Position numbers and translations under genes: made by a program. Shown here one piece after another: positions 51,684 to 64,000 of a stretch of DNA of 64,000 nucleotides. The DNA is from Cyanophora paradoxa CCMP329 (taxonomy: Eukaryota; Plantae; Glaucophyta), in contig QPMI01000085.1 in NCBI GenBank assembly GCA_004431415.1, positions 1 to 64,000 on the forward strand. The letters run 5' to 3'. The first letter of the stretch is position 1; each line of letters starts with the position of its first letter. The notes below the pieces were generated by a model, which was given only the letters and a program-made list of their open reading frames with translations, was not told the DNA's origin and did no database searches.

Positions 51684-54600
51684 ATGGAGCGGCTACGCAC
51701 GCTCGCGGTACGTTGCCAGGGAGTCGTGCGCTGCGCTTGCAGCAGTGTTCGAGGCTCGTTCGCGCAGCGCCTATTGCCCGCACGACGACCGGCATTCTCG
51801 AGGTGCTCGGACCACCCTCGGACGCCGCGCCTGCGGCCAGGGAGTGGTGCTGAACAGTGCTGTCTGCAGGGGAGAGGAGAAGATCCGGTGGGAGCTCGCT
51901 GGAGGAAGCTGGGGTTCAACGAGTTCAACCTTTCTTGGGTGCGAACGCCGTGCATCTCCTGAAATCGAGGCTGCTCGTTCTGATCAAGCTCGGCGCTGTG
52001 CCCATATCCACGGCCCAGGACTGGGTGAGCTCCGATCGCGCTCGAAAATGCTCGCCATCATATCTCGCGCAGGTCATCGTCTTCCGGAATCGGAAGCACC
52101 CCGACGTCGAAAGAGTGCGAAGAGCGCAATCAAACGCCTGTTTAAAAACTCATCTAGATATTTTCTCAACAGGAGACGAAAGGCGAGAGGATGGAGGAGG
52201 AGCAGCAGTTTCGCCGTCAGCTTGTGCAGAAGATCAAGGAAGGTGCACTCTAGCGCTGATATTGAGAAAGGCCCTCTAGTGTTGAAACGGAGCGCAGCGA
52301 ATCTGATGGTGTCAAAGCAATACAGTTCCGACGAGAAAGAGCTGTACCTGCGCATCGGCGCATCGGAGCATTTTCTCGAGGAGGCGAGCAAATAACCTTG
52401 CACTCTTCAGGGGTCCGGGCCTCTGTTCATCCGCGTGTGCAGGTTGCCGAACGTGCAGGGCTCCGCTTACGTCTTCGCGAGGAGGTACATTTTCGTCTCA
52501 TTTTTCATTGTTAACTCCCGCAGTGATTGCAAAGCACAGTATGGAGGCGCATTCTCTTCTTTCATGCGAGGGGACAAGTTCAAGTACGAGCGGCAGTCGG
52601 GCAGTCGTATGTTCTCTTCGGCTCAGCGAGTCCAGTTGTACGCAGCAAGGGCAACTGGCAGATCGAACATTGCTGAGTTGCATCTCGCAGAATTGACTGG
52701 GTGCTGGGTCAAGAGCAGAGTGAAGGAGGTGCAGGAGTGTTCCTTACAGACCTCGTGAAAGAGGCCCCTGATTTCGTCCTAGCGGTGCGTTAGAACTTCC
52801 CCCCTTCCCGCCCCCCCCCCCCCCCCCCCCCCCCCTCCCTCCTCCACTCCACCTCTCCCCGCCCCCATCCTTCCCTCCACCCGCCCCTGCCGCCCCCCCC
52901 CCCCCCCCCCTTCCCCCCCACGCCCTGTCCGCCTCCCATCCTTCCCCCCCCCCCCCCCCCCCCCTCAAATACACACGCGCACGCACACACACACCTCCCA
53001 TCCCTCCCACACACTCTCCATCCATCTTCCCTTCTCATAGTTCTTTGGTTCTGAGCAGGTGTATCCTCTACACGACAAAGGCACGAAGGGCGCATTTGCG
53101 AACTTGAGAGAAAACTGGGCTGCATTTCCCAAAATGTTCACGAAGGGCTGGACCCAGGTACGCTCAAATTCGTCCTCTGTGGCATGTGGCGTGGGGTCAA
53201 ACTCGGGGCAGCCGATCCACGACATCTACCGCTACTTTGGTGCAGAAATCGCCATGTACTTTGCATTCCTTGGATACTACACGTGCGCTTCTCTCGAAGT
53301 AGTCCCGAATCCCTTGCTGGCATGGCCAATTCCAACGTGACGCAGGAAGTGGCTGGGGTACGTGTGCGCCGTTGGGCTGGTGGCCGCCTACTTTCAGTAC
53401 ACGGATATGGAGATTGTGCGTGTTGTAGACCCGGTCACGCACATCGAGAAGGAGATGGAGTTGCGGTCTTACGATGGCAAGGCTCGTTGCATGCAGCCGC
53501 CACTTCCTTTGCGCGCCAGACTCTCGCCCGCAGGCTGTACCTTTCTTCTGTATCTTCTTGGCAGTGGCCGCTTCGCTTTTATTGGAAGGCTGGAAACGTG
53601 AGCAGGCCATCCACGGCGTCATGTGGGACCAGTACCATGCACAGAAGGTGCGCTGCATTCGTATTGCGCAATGCAGCTTGATTGAGATGCTTTTCTGTGC
53701 AGGTGGAGCGGGTACGATTCGAGTTCAACCATGCAGGCATCGACGAGCTGGGATTCTATAACGAACGTGCGCCGCTGATTCACAGTGGGCTTGCATGAGC
53801 TTTTTCTTGAACGAGGTACAGATGGAGACTGGGTTGATCTTAGCGGCTCGAATGTCATGAAGTACCCCGATAAGCTCGTCAAGGTTCGTTTTGGTACGTG
53901 TCGTCCACACATCGTCTCAGTGTTCCCGTCTGCAGAGCAAGTACGTCTCGAAGAAGAAGCTGCTGTGGCTTGGCGTACAGGTGACCATCATGACATTCCT
54001 TTTCGCCGTGATTGGCGCTGCCCTTGTTATCTTCGCGTTCCGGTGTGCCCTTCTCCTCCACGTAGCTCCCTGCTAGGCTTCAACTGCATGCAGCAACTTT
54101 GTCTACAACACGAAGGGGCCATCATGGGGAGGAGCTGTTGGCGGTGTTCTTTTCGGTGCCAACCCAGCTTACTAGTTCCCAGTTTTTGGTGTTGCTAAAC
54201 TTGCGCCTCACAGCTGTCACCATTAACACCCTCAATTTCACGTACCGGAAGGTCAGGTCTTTCCATTAATGCCCTTTCATTGAATTGCTGGGTAATCTGC
54301 ATGCTTGTGCAGGTGGCTGTTATGCTGAACGACAAGGAGAACCACCGAACGCAGTCTGCATATGACCATGCCCTTGCACTCAAAATATTTGTCTTTCAGT
54401 TTGGTCTGTGCAGCATCAAAGTTCTGTGCAGCTTCGCTCTGCTGACCTTCCCCGCAGTCAACTCGTATGTGACTTACTTCTGGATCGCTTTCGTGAAGTA
54501 TGCAGCGGCATATTCACTGGGAATCTTCACCGACCATGCTAAAACCTGTCGCGCCCACAGGCCGTACCAGATCGAGATCTTCGGCTTCCGGCAACAGTGC

Positions 54601-55921
54601 CTTGAAGTTACACCTGGCGGCCCCCCTGTGCGTCACTGGCAGCCACGATGAGGCTTCTGTGCTGATTGTATATCGCAGAACTGCATGTTCGAGTTGCAGC
54701 GGCAGCTTTCATCGATCTTCTTCACACAAATCGCCATTGGAAATGTTTTGGAGGTTTTTATTCCGTACGTCAAGCAAAAGTGGCGATTGATCAAGGCGTC
54801 CAAGACGGCGTATGGGGGTGCAAATGCGCCGAAGAAGGTCGAGTCAGAGCGCTATCTCGAGCCATTTGGTGGCGTGCTTGATGATTTCAACGAGGTGCCT
54901 TCTTTGTGTAACTCGAAATTCGAATCGAGATGCGGAACCTAAATGCTCGCTACAGATCATGATTCAGTTTGGTCAAGTTACACTCTTTGCTTCCGCATTC
55001 CCTCTGGCGGCTCTTCTTGCCCTCCTCAACAACCTCGTACCTCACTCGACCCCTATTGCGACTCCCCCTGACAGCTCATACCACCATTCAGGTGGAGATT
55101 CGCTCTGATGCATACAAGTTGATTCATGGCTCGCAGCGCCCCACGCCTGGCACTGCAAAAGATATCGGTTCGTGCTCGACGCCCAATGACCTACCAGTTC
55201 CCATCTCAGCCAGATGGCAGGCTCTTGGATGGGAGTGATGCAAGCAGTGTCCTCTATTGCAGTGGTGACGAACGCTGCCATGGTTATTTTCACGTGTGCA
55301 ATTTTGTGTCCTTGCAGATGCACAAAAAGCGCCTGATTGTTGTGGCAGGTCAGATGTGCTTGACCCATGGTTCAGCAGCTTCAAGAATCCCGCTGTTGTC
55401 AAGGTACTTTTGTGTATCCTTCTGCACAGATCCCTTGGCTGACGGATTTCGAGGTCTTGACTGTGATCGCCATTGAGCATGTTGTCTTTCTCATCAAGAT
55501 CGCCATCGACGTGGCGATCCCTGATATGCCAAGAAGTATCCGGACACGAATCGCAAGACAGAAATTCATGAGGTTTTCCCCGCCAGACTTCCATGCATTG
55601 CAACGGGCACTCATCCATTTCTGTGTTCCCCCTTGTCGCAGTTCAATCGAGGGTCGCTACCAGAAGGAGCTGGAAGCCCAGCGCAAGTTCGAGGCCCGCC
55701 GGGAGTTCGTATCACCGCCCTGCCCAAAACCTCGCTCAATGATTGTGCTTACACTCCACAGACGACGAGCGGAGATTATTAGGCAGGCAAACCTGAAAAG
55801 GCAAGGGCTCGTTGGGGGGCGGGCGGGGGCGCACGTTGTGCCTCTTGCCGAGGCCTCCATCACCGGCTCCACTCTCTCGAATGCACACATTTCGGAATCG
55901 GAGATCACTGATGAGGACTAA
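51684..55921 (+). CDS. Anoctamin/TMEM16 family protein
   Basis: YPLHD, IYRYFGAEIAMYFAFLGYYT, ENHRTQSAYD..LKIFVFQFVNSY, QFGQVTLFASAFPLA, NNLVEIRSDAYKL; start codon uncertain. Confidence 0.95.
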
Positions 55922-56207
55922 TCAAAACGGTCCCCACCCTAGCCCTGCATTTCCAACCTCTTGTCCAACAACCCCGGCCCACCCCCCCAAGTCTTGACCG
56001 TAATCGTAATTCTGGGGCGGCTTCCAGTGGCCCCATGTTCGACGCGACGGAGAACAAGGGGTTAGGAAGCATTTGGATACGTACTGAAAACGCTACTCCG
56101 GGCTACAACTGCAAGTGCGTGATATACACTGCGGCCGCCGCGACCGGAGAACAATGGGTTAGGAAGCGCGTGACGGAGAGTAAATTTGTATCTCTCGATG
56201 AGTGGTG

Positions 56208-57001
56208 CTCTTTCTAAGCTACGGGCGCGCCGGACCTCCTACCTACAGCGCTTTAACTGTACCCGTGCTGTTTGGGTGAGAGCGTAACCCGCAGGGACTG
56301 GTGCCCTGATGGAGAAAAGGGGATGGGAGCCTAGCCTAGCTACGAGCCGAGCAGGCGCTTCGCGTCCACGCCCGTGCCGTAGCGGATGAAGATGCTCCTG
56401 CAAGAGTACGATTACGATTGCGATCGGGCGGCGCTGGGAGGGCGAGCCCGCCCTAGACGGAAAATAACGCCGTGGCTGGGCCGTGTCGGGACTAGGCGTG
56501 GCATCCCTGCATGGCGTTTCATATACGATGCAAAATCATGTTCTGATAATGGGAGGAATCGCACCTGAGGAAGCTGTGCAGTGAAGCATGTCATAGCAAC
56601 AACTAGGACCATGCAAATGTCTTTCACATATAGAAGTGAGCGATCGGTGGTTCGAAATGATACCTGGTCGTTCTATGAGTACAAAAACAACTCCTGAACG
56701 GTATCTCAGGAACGATGCTGCTCACCACAAGGTTGGCAAGAACAATTGCACAATTGATGATCGCCAGTGACATGATTCCAGGAAAGTGAACATCTGGGAG
56801 TGTAAGGTCCTCGAACCAGAGAATGCCACCCAATTCCATCCCAGAGCCCTCAAGATCCCTGTGAGTGGTGCGTCACTCGTTCCCGATTTGATTCCAGTGG
56901 TGGGCGAGGGCCCAGGGGCGGAGAGTTCATGCCAGGCCAAAATTAGATGGGGGGGGAGGGGAAGGCTCAGATGAGCATGTCTTCTCGTCAGCGGGCAGAC
57001 G
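56208..57001 (-). mobile_element. Non-autonomous Fanzor element carrying a 346-bp piece of the Oxa1 gene
   Basis: 56208-56498 = Fanzor right end; 56503-56848 = reverse complement of 14019-14364; 56932-57001 = left end shared with 17739-17807; followed by CTTAAGC. Confidence 0.92.
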
Positions 57002-57012
57002 CTTAAGCATAT

Positions 57013-59462
57013 ATGCTGAGGTCGCTCCGCGATTTCCTCCGGGGCCCGACGCCAGGCTTGCACGCCAGGCTGCCGGTGTCGCCCGCGCGGACGCCGTTCC
57101 TGATCCGTGCGGCGTTGTCGGGCGGAGGCGAAAGGCGGAGAAGAGAACGGGCCTCGAACTCGAACCGACCGGCCGAAGCAGCGCCCCTGCAGGATTCGTT
57201 TGAAGTCGTCATTGGCCTCGAGCTGCACGCCCAGATCCTGGCGTCGTCGAAGCTCTTTTCGGGTGCGCGCCAGCAGACGCCCAGATGCGCGCAAGCGATC
57301 TTCCTCTGTACAGGCGCTGCCGCGGAATTCGCTGCTGCCCCCAACAGCCGCGTCGCTCTCTTCGACGCCGCGATCCCGGGGACGTTGCCGGTCTGCAGCC
57401 TTTTTGCCTTGCGGCCGCCCTCGCTCACATCGGTTTCGACAGCGCGTGAACGCATGGTGTGTCGAGCAAGCAGTCCGCACGGCTGTGGCGCTCGGCTGTG
57501 ACGTGCAGGAGCGTTCGTCGTTCGAGCGGAAGCACTACTCTTACCCGGACCTGCCCCTTGGATACCAGATCACGCAGCGAGCCCGTGCGGCCAATCCTCT
57601 TCCATACCCGACCTGGTTTTGAAAGCGTTTGTCCCCTGATTCTGACGGCCCTCGAAATCCAGACCCGATCGCAAAGAGCGGCACAGTTCGCTTCCGAACG
57701 AAGGCTGGGGGGCTCGAACGAGCTGTGCGCATAGCCCGAATTCAGCTAGAGCAGGTGTGGGTTTTCCTTCATTGCTCCCGTAGCCAGCCAACGCGTGCCT
57801 GTAGGACTCTGCCAAGAGCGTGCACGGGGAGACAGCAACTCTCGTGGACTTGAATCGTGCAGGCTCGGCTCTCATGGAAATCGTTACCGAGGCGGACTTG
57901 CGGTGCGCATAAAAAAACGCGTCATCCTTTTCTGACCGGGGGCCAGGAGCGGCGAGGACGCTGCAACCTTCCTGCGCGAGATGCAACGATTACTTCGCTG
58001 CATAGGAACGTGTGATGGGAATATGGAGGAGGTAACGTCGAAATCACAAGTAATGAAATCTAGTTATATCTAGTCCGCAGGGATCTTTACGGGTTGACGC
58101 CAATATTTCGGTTCGGAGGAAAGATGGAGAACAGCGGAGTGCTCCGGTGGAAGTAAAAAATGTGAATGGCGGCAGATACTTGCAACGTGCTATCGGTCAG
58201 TTTGGATAAATCTTGATAATTCTCCTTCAAAATTCGCGCTGACGCACTGCATGCAGAATATGAAGCACAGAGACAAATCGCACTCTTGGTCAATGGCAAT
58301 GCAGCTACCCAAGCGGATCGCGAAACCCGTCTCTGGGATGTCTCACGTGGCGTCACAGTCCCCATGCGGAGTAAGGAAAATATGCCAGATTATCGGTGAA
58401 TGTAAACGATGTCGCCGAAATCGTATTCCGTCTGAATGATTTTGTGATAGGTTCATGTTCGATGGAGACCTGCCACATCTTGTCCTCCCCTCCGACCTTG
58501 TTTCGGCAGTACGCGCTTCAATGCCTGAGCTGCCAGCTGAGGTCTGCATTTGCGGTCAACGCCACCCTGGTGGCTGACACTTTCCTTAAAGACCGAGGCC
58601 CTTCTAGTCTCCACGGGCGTTTCTGCAAGCGATGCTCGCATTCTTGTGGACTGGCCTGCAGCCCTGGAATATTTTGAGAAGGTTGAATATATTAGCCCTG
58701 AACGTGCAGTCCGCACTGAATGTGCACTTCGCAGCTTGTTCATGGGTGTGGCCGCGAGATTGCTCCCAAACTGGCCGCAAGCTGGTCTGCTATCACTGTC
58801 CCATTCTTAAGCATGTATCATATTGGATTTAGGTTGTGTGTGGAGCTACGCGGTGTTCTTGGCCCAGAGCCGCTCTCGTCATGCACTGTACAGCCTGAGC
58901 GCCTTGCGTCCTTGTTGCACCTGGTAATCGATGGGCTCGCTTCAGGTGCAGTTTGCATACCCCCGGACAGTCTCATTTGTTTATTCATTCAAAAAGCAGG
59001 CAAAGCCGCGAAAGAGATCCTGGAGGCAATGGTCCGCGGTGACCCTTCTTCGCCAGAATCGATTCTCGAGAATCGCGGACTGCGCCAGGTCTGCATTGAC
59101 TGTCTCCAGCTCGTCTGCAGGCACAGAGTTTTTCTTACAGGTCACCGATCCTCTCATGATTGAGAGCGCATGTCGTGCAACTCTGGCTGCAATGGCGCCA
59201 CAGGTGTTTTCAACTAGACGATGATGAAGATCTAGCTAAACCTTTTACTAAACCTTTTACCTCCCACAGGCCGAGCAGTACCGAGGTGGAAATACGAGAG
59301 TTCTGGGCCCCATGGTGGCAGATGCTATCCAGGTCTTCTAGAACGATCCGCTGGAAAGTTCTTTAGACTGACCATTCTTCCGATCTGCAGCGCCTGGATG
59401 GACGCGCCTCTCCCCCACTCGTCTCAGCTTCTCTCCAGAGATTGCTCAAAGGGGATCCGTGA
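57013..59462 (+). CDS. GATB: Glutamyl-tRNA(Gln) amidotransferase subunit B, organellar
   Basis: [83 protein letters not shown]. Confidence 0.97.
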
Positions 59463-59468
59463 TCAATC

Positions 59469-60056
59469 TCATCGGGAGGTCATTGGACTTTTGAGACTTT
59501 TTTGGCAAGATGCAGCCCGCACTCTTTGAGCGTCATGATTGGCCGCAGTTGTAGTTGTACCAGCGCTGCGTTCGGTGGAGGCTGACTGCGACCTTAGGGT
59601 CATCAGGTCATCTTCCGCACAGATGTGTGTGCGGGCTATAGAATGACCCTTATCCCGATGGCTATGAATGACCCTGGCTGGCAATCGATGCCTCACCTCA
59701 CTGAACATTATTTCGCTGTGGTCCGCCCGAACCTTGAGAGACTGCTTATCGCCCTGGACAGTCTTTACTCTTTCTAAGCTACGGGCGCGCCGGACCTCCT
59801 ACCTACAGCGCTTTAACTGTACCCGTGCTGTTTGGGTGAGAGCGTAACCCGCAGGGACTGGTGCCCTGATGGAGAAAAGGGGATGGGAGCTAAACAGTCT
59901 TCGTTCTAAACCACCTCACTGAGTCAGGCCTGAGAAGGCTTTTGAACATGAACGAATTTCCCAGCCCATACATGCGATTCGCAAGTGCAAATACGACAAG
60001 TGCAGCGGCGTCTTTCCTTCCGAAGACTGCCTACAACTTCCGAGTTCCCGCATCAT
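59469..60056 (-). pseudogene. Small hypothetical gene whose exon is interrupted by a Fanzor end fragment
   Basis: Removing the insert and one ACAGTCTT copy restores an open frame (SPDSVRWFRTKTVQGDKQSLKVRADHSEIMFSE) bounded by GT/AG sites. Confidence 0.4.
59768..59890 (-). mobile_element. Truncated Fanzor right end, 123 bp
   Basis: Identical to 34178-34300; flanked by ACAGTCTT direct repeats. Confidence 0.92.
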
Positions 60057-61231
60057 GATCAAGCCGCATACGCAGCCAACCAATTGTCAAATTCCCGAAT
60101 CTGGGATTCGAAGCCCGACCTGTCAAATCCTAGAGGCCTAGGGCAACTCTGCAGTTGCAGCTGTCCAACTTGGCAAGCTCGAGCGCCCGAGCTCGCGTCG
60201 AAGTTTTTTTCGGACCGGAACTCAGAAACACCCTAACTAGGCAAAATCAACTTGGCAAAATTATAACTAGTAACCCCATCCAACCACTGAAATCAAAGCC
60301 CAAGTAGAGGCCTAGTGATTATAGCCTAGCCTATTAGAGGCCCCTTAAATCAAGCAGCTATATATAGCCCGCGGCCTAGTAGACCGTCGGACGGGTACTC
60401 GCCGGCCGAGTCGCGCTCAGGTGATCTGATGATCAGGCGTAGCCTGCAGCCACTGAGCAGCGAGCCTCGGAGCTGCAGCGCTAGCTGGCAGATCATCGCG
60501 GGGTGATCAAAATTGATTATATGATTACGTTGTCGTGGGCCTCTGCAGGATCGGAATTTATGATCACTGTGTCATGCAAGATGGTGGCCATGGGAGTTCC
60601 TGCTGATCATGCGACGTCGACCATCGGACTGGTGCCACGGTGCACGCCATGGCCAGCATCTTCTTTGATTGCTTTGATTTCAAGTGTTATAATTATTGAA
60701 TCGGACGCCCAATTCGGAGTTCGAAATTCAACTCCTGACCAGACCCGTGACCCTGTCCGACCCTTGAATCAACTTGGCCAACCCTCAAACCGAAATCCAA
60801 CCCCGTCGACGTCCAACCCTTTGATCAAATGGAAAGCTCGAGCTCGTCGATAAAGTGCACGCCTGTTAACGTTGCTTTGATTTGGATCGGGGCGGGCATC
60901 TGTAAAGCCAGTGTACATGTCCACGGCGAGGGGAATTACTCCCCTGAGGGGCAACGCAGGGCCTGGCCGGCCAGGCACGAGCTCGGTGGGCTGGGCCTGC
61001 GGCGACTGCAGCCGCAGTCACTGAGTGTACATTTCCACACCAGCAGCCCGGACGTTGCGTTTTAATTCGCGTCCACATGCTAATTAAAGAATGGAAGTCT
61101 CGAGTTCGGATATGAGTAAGATGAAGCACCACGGACTCCAAATTGCGCATACATTGCATACAGTTGCATTGTAATCCAGATGTGTTTCTAGAACAGCTAG
61201 TGAACATCACGACCATGCATAAGCGCTGTCT

Positions 61232-61759
61232 TCAGAGGTCAAAGATCTCGTCTGCACTGTAATCCTCGCACGAGAAATCATCCATATCGATTGAGACTCC
61301 GCGCTCGTCTGCGGCGGTTGATTCTACGAGCTGGCCCTCCAGGAGGAACTCATCGTAAGCAGCCTCGTCCGCGCTATCCTCGCTCACTTCCAGAATCGAC
61401 TCGTCCAAGCGCTCGGGGCAGACGCCCTCCTTGAAGCGCTCAGGCTTCCCCGAAACTTTGCAGGCTGCACATAACCGGCGTTTAGTTGCAGGCTTGCGGA
61501 CGAGTTGCGGCGTTAGAGCGCTGGGCGAGGAGAGAAACGCACCCTTGTGCGACGAGCATTGGTGGCACCCGCGGAAGCACTCCTCCCCTGCCGCGCGGTC
61601 GTACGTCTCGAACCCGCCGTACTCCTCTGCACCTGATGTCGCGGACGACGTCAGCGGCGACGTCGGGCGCGTTGCCCGCAAGCCGTTAACGCCGCGCCGC
61701 GGCTTGCTGGGAGCGGTGGACGGGAAACGTGCAATGGGTAAGGCGCGGGAAACGTACAT
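61232..61759 (-). CDS. Hypothetical 175-aa protein with Cys motifs and acidic C-terminus
   Basis: Intronless ORF; CxxC-like motifs (CHQC, CAAC); divergent from the Ulp1-like gene. Confidence 0.55.
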   Translation of the reverse strand: MYVSRALPIARFPSTAPSKPRRGVNGLRATRPTSPLTSSATSGAEEYGGFETYDRAAGEECFRGCHQCSSHKGAFLSSPSALTPQLVRKPATKRRLCAACKVSGKPERFKEGVCPERLDESILEVSEDSADEAAYDEFLLEGQLVESTAADERGVSIDMDDFSCEDYSADEIFDL

Positions 61760-62326
61760 GTCTCCTTCCAGGACGAGATTTCCGCCCGCCGCGCCTCCGC
61801 CTCCCGCTGCCGCCTCATCTCGTCCTCGTTTCTCCGATCAATCTCCTCCTGGATCTCTTCCGGGTCCAGGCCCTCGAATGCTAGCTGATTGTCGGATTCC
61901 TGCGGCGGAAGCCATCAGTCGCAGCGGCGGCTAGCGGACCGCTTCTAAAGTTCAACCGCCGCATACCATCCTGCCTCGGCCGGGCGGTTCACTACGACGG
62001 AACAGTCAGTAAAACGCCACTACTAAAGCTAACCGACGCGGCGGTCGCACCAAGGCCGGCGTTGCTACTTGTTTTCGGGGTACAGGTACAAAGCAGCGCA
62101 GGGCCACTCTTTGGACTTCCGGAGTTCCTAGCACTCCCGGAGACTCTCTGAAACGTTCGAGCTACCGCTGCGTGTGGATCTGCAGTGCGCGCTTTAGCTA
62201 CGCATGAGCTGTGCGGCAGGGCATGCGTTTTGACGCGACATTTGATCTCAGCTAGCTGTTTTACTAGCCGTGTTCACGTCAACCGCTCCAGTCCTTCCGA
62301 ACGGGAGCATCGTCGCGCCGGAGCGC

Positions 62327-64000
62327 ATGCCACTCGAAAAGCCCCCGCGGCACTCGCACGGCGGCGCTTTGCTTGGCCCCGCGCGCCATAGCAGGCCGTG
62401 GGCCGGCGGCGGCGTCGTGCAGCGGGCGCCTGTACGACCGCCTGCGCCGTTGTGGCATCCCCCTCGTACAGGTTTCAGGCCTCCCTCATCGGGGGGCGGA
62501 GCTCAATCAGCGTTCCGCCTCGCTTGCCCCGACGTGCGCGCGTCATCTTTGAAGCAGCCCATTGTGCCGCAGAAGCGCTCGGTGAGCGACCCCGCGCTTT
62601 CGTGTGTTGCACTGCAGCTGAGTCCGTGTGCAGCGCGAATCTGAGGTCGCACCGCTTTCATTCTCGAATGCAATGGGGTGAGCTTATGTACACGACTCCT
62701 GTGTCCTTCTTGCGATCGACGATCGCTCAGTAACGCAAGCGTGCACGATTCTGCCTTCGGGCCCGCTCTTCCAGCCGGCCCCGACGTGGGGGGCGTCCCT
62801 GGGGAAAGAGCATCGTCGTCGACCGCGCTCCGCCGATCGGTCCTGCAGGCGACCCCGAGGCCGTGGGTCTCAGCTCTGAGAACTCCTCCATACGGCCAGT
62901 CAATGCACATTCAAGGAGATTCGCGAGACAGCAGTCGGATGCAGATTGGGCTGGACGAGCAAATTCGCTCGGAGAGAGAAATCAGGCGGTGCGTGCTTTG
63001 AAACTTGCTGCCATGTCAGACGCCGATGCGCAACAGGGGGGAGGAGATTGAAGACCTTCTTAGCCAAATGCAGATGAGGACAATGGCCCTGAGCATCAGC
63101 GACAGCCGCATGTCCTCAGCATGCGACGGGATGGCTCGCACATCGAGCAAGCCGGTTCCGCATCGTTTGCAGATTAGGGAGGTGCCCGAAGACACCTATC
63201 GTGGCCCATCAAGCAGCACACCACAGCCTCCAACATACGCAGAAATTGTTTCAGGAGCACCGAGGCCAACAGGGGTGCGGTTGTTATATCTGCTGCTCTC
63301 CGTTCGTTCAAACCCAGCAGCGTTTGCAGACGATGCTGTCTTCACATTCGAGCCAGCCAGTGGTTTATTTAAAGAACGTGGAAGGGCTTCCTGTGTCTCT
63401 ACAAGAGGCACTCGAAGAGGACATTGAGCAACATGTATGTCTTTTCGATTGCACTGTTTGTCCCGTCTCCTGAATTTCTACAGTTGCAAGAGCGGCTAAC
63501 CATGAAAGAGCTTGCCCGTGCTTGGTTCTTCAGAAAGCGCCCCCTTTCAGTGTGCGTTCAATGCGAACCTGTCCAGGCTGCTAGTGTCCCGCCTTTTACT
63601 CTGGTTGCAGGGAAGAGGAAGAGCGTGTCAAGAAGGAGATGCGAGGGGCATCTGAAGCCGTGATAGTCGAGCACAGCTTCCCCATTCTGGGACTCATCGA
63701 GGTCAAAAGGCGGCATCTTCAAACACTAAATGGCACAGCCTGGCTGAACGACGAGATCATCAACTTCTACATGGGCCTGTTGGCTCGCCGAAACACCCAG
63801 GCCAACCCACCGCTTCCTTTGAAGGTAACCCTACATCCGTTTCAACGAGTTTCTTGCCTCACTTTCGTTCTGCCACCAGTGCCACCTTTGGCATTCCCTC
63901 TTCTACACGCGATTCACTCAGCCTTCATATAATTACAAGAATGTGCAGCGCTGGACACGGAACAAGGTGCACATGCCCCAATACATTCCCTCCCGAGTGC
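62327..64000 (+). CDS. Ulp1/SENP (peptidase C48) SUMO protease, runs off the window
   Basis: LQTLNGTAWLNDEIINFYMGLL, SLFYTRF, YKNVQRWTR; start codon uncertain. Confidence 0.88.

Noticed and set aside
52790-53040. Poly-C/poly-G ORFs and possible G-quadruplex
   Set aside because: Low-complexity anoctamin intron; homopolymer lengths unreliable

Overview
Left end of a GC-rich, intron-dense eukaryotic chromosome. It is probably an alga: a Stay-Green gene with an 'MAFV' transit peptide and a UDP-type GT5 starch-synthase fragment suggest a glaucophyte-like organism, which is an inference. About 5.6 kb of (CCCTAA)n telomere is followed almost immediately by ordinary genes with roughly 50-90-nt introns: Cu/Zn SOD, RPLP1, Oxa1/COX18, Trm8/METTL1, SGR, primase small subunit, a COPI-associated protein, a large MORN-repeat protein, a 7-TM protein, CCR4, anoctamin, GatB and a Ulp1-type protease. 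The main discovery is a family of RNA-guided-nuclease elements. One very large Fanzor2/IS607-TnpB-like gene with about 15 introns lies on the minus strand at 34.4-38.8 kb, with an intact RuvC triad and an N-terminal region resembling an IS607 serine recombinase. A structured omegaRNA-like right end is present in five near-identical copies, each with a different flanking guide. Two internally deleted copies give both ends, an AG crossover dinucleotide and a predicted TTAAG TAM. Several derivatives are fused to intron-containing pieces of host genes ('Pack-Fanzor'-like capture). The SOD1 gene also appears to need a single-nucleotide exon. All gene models were spliced by eye, so boundaries are approximate.
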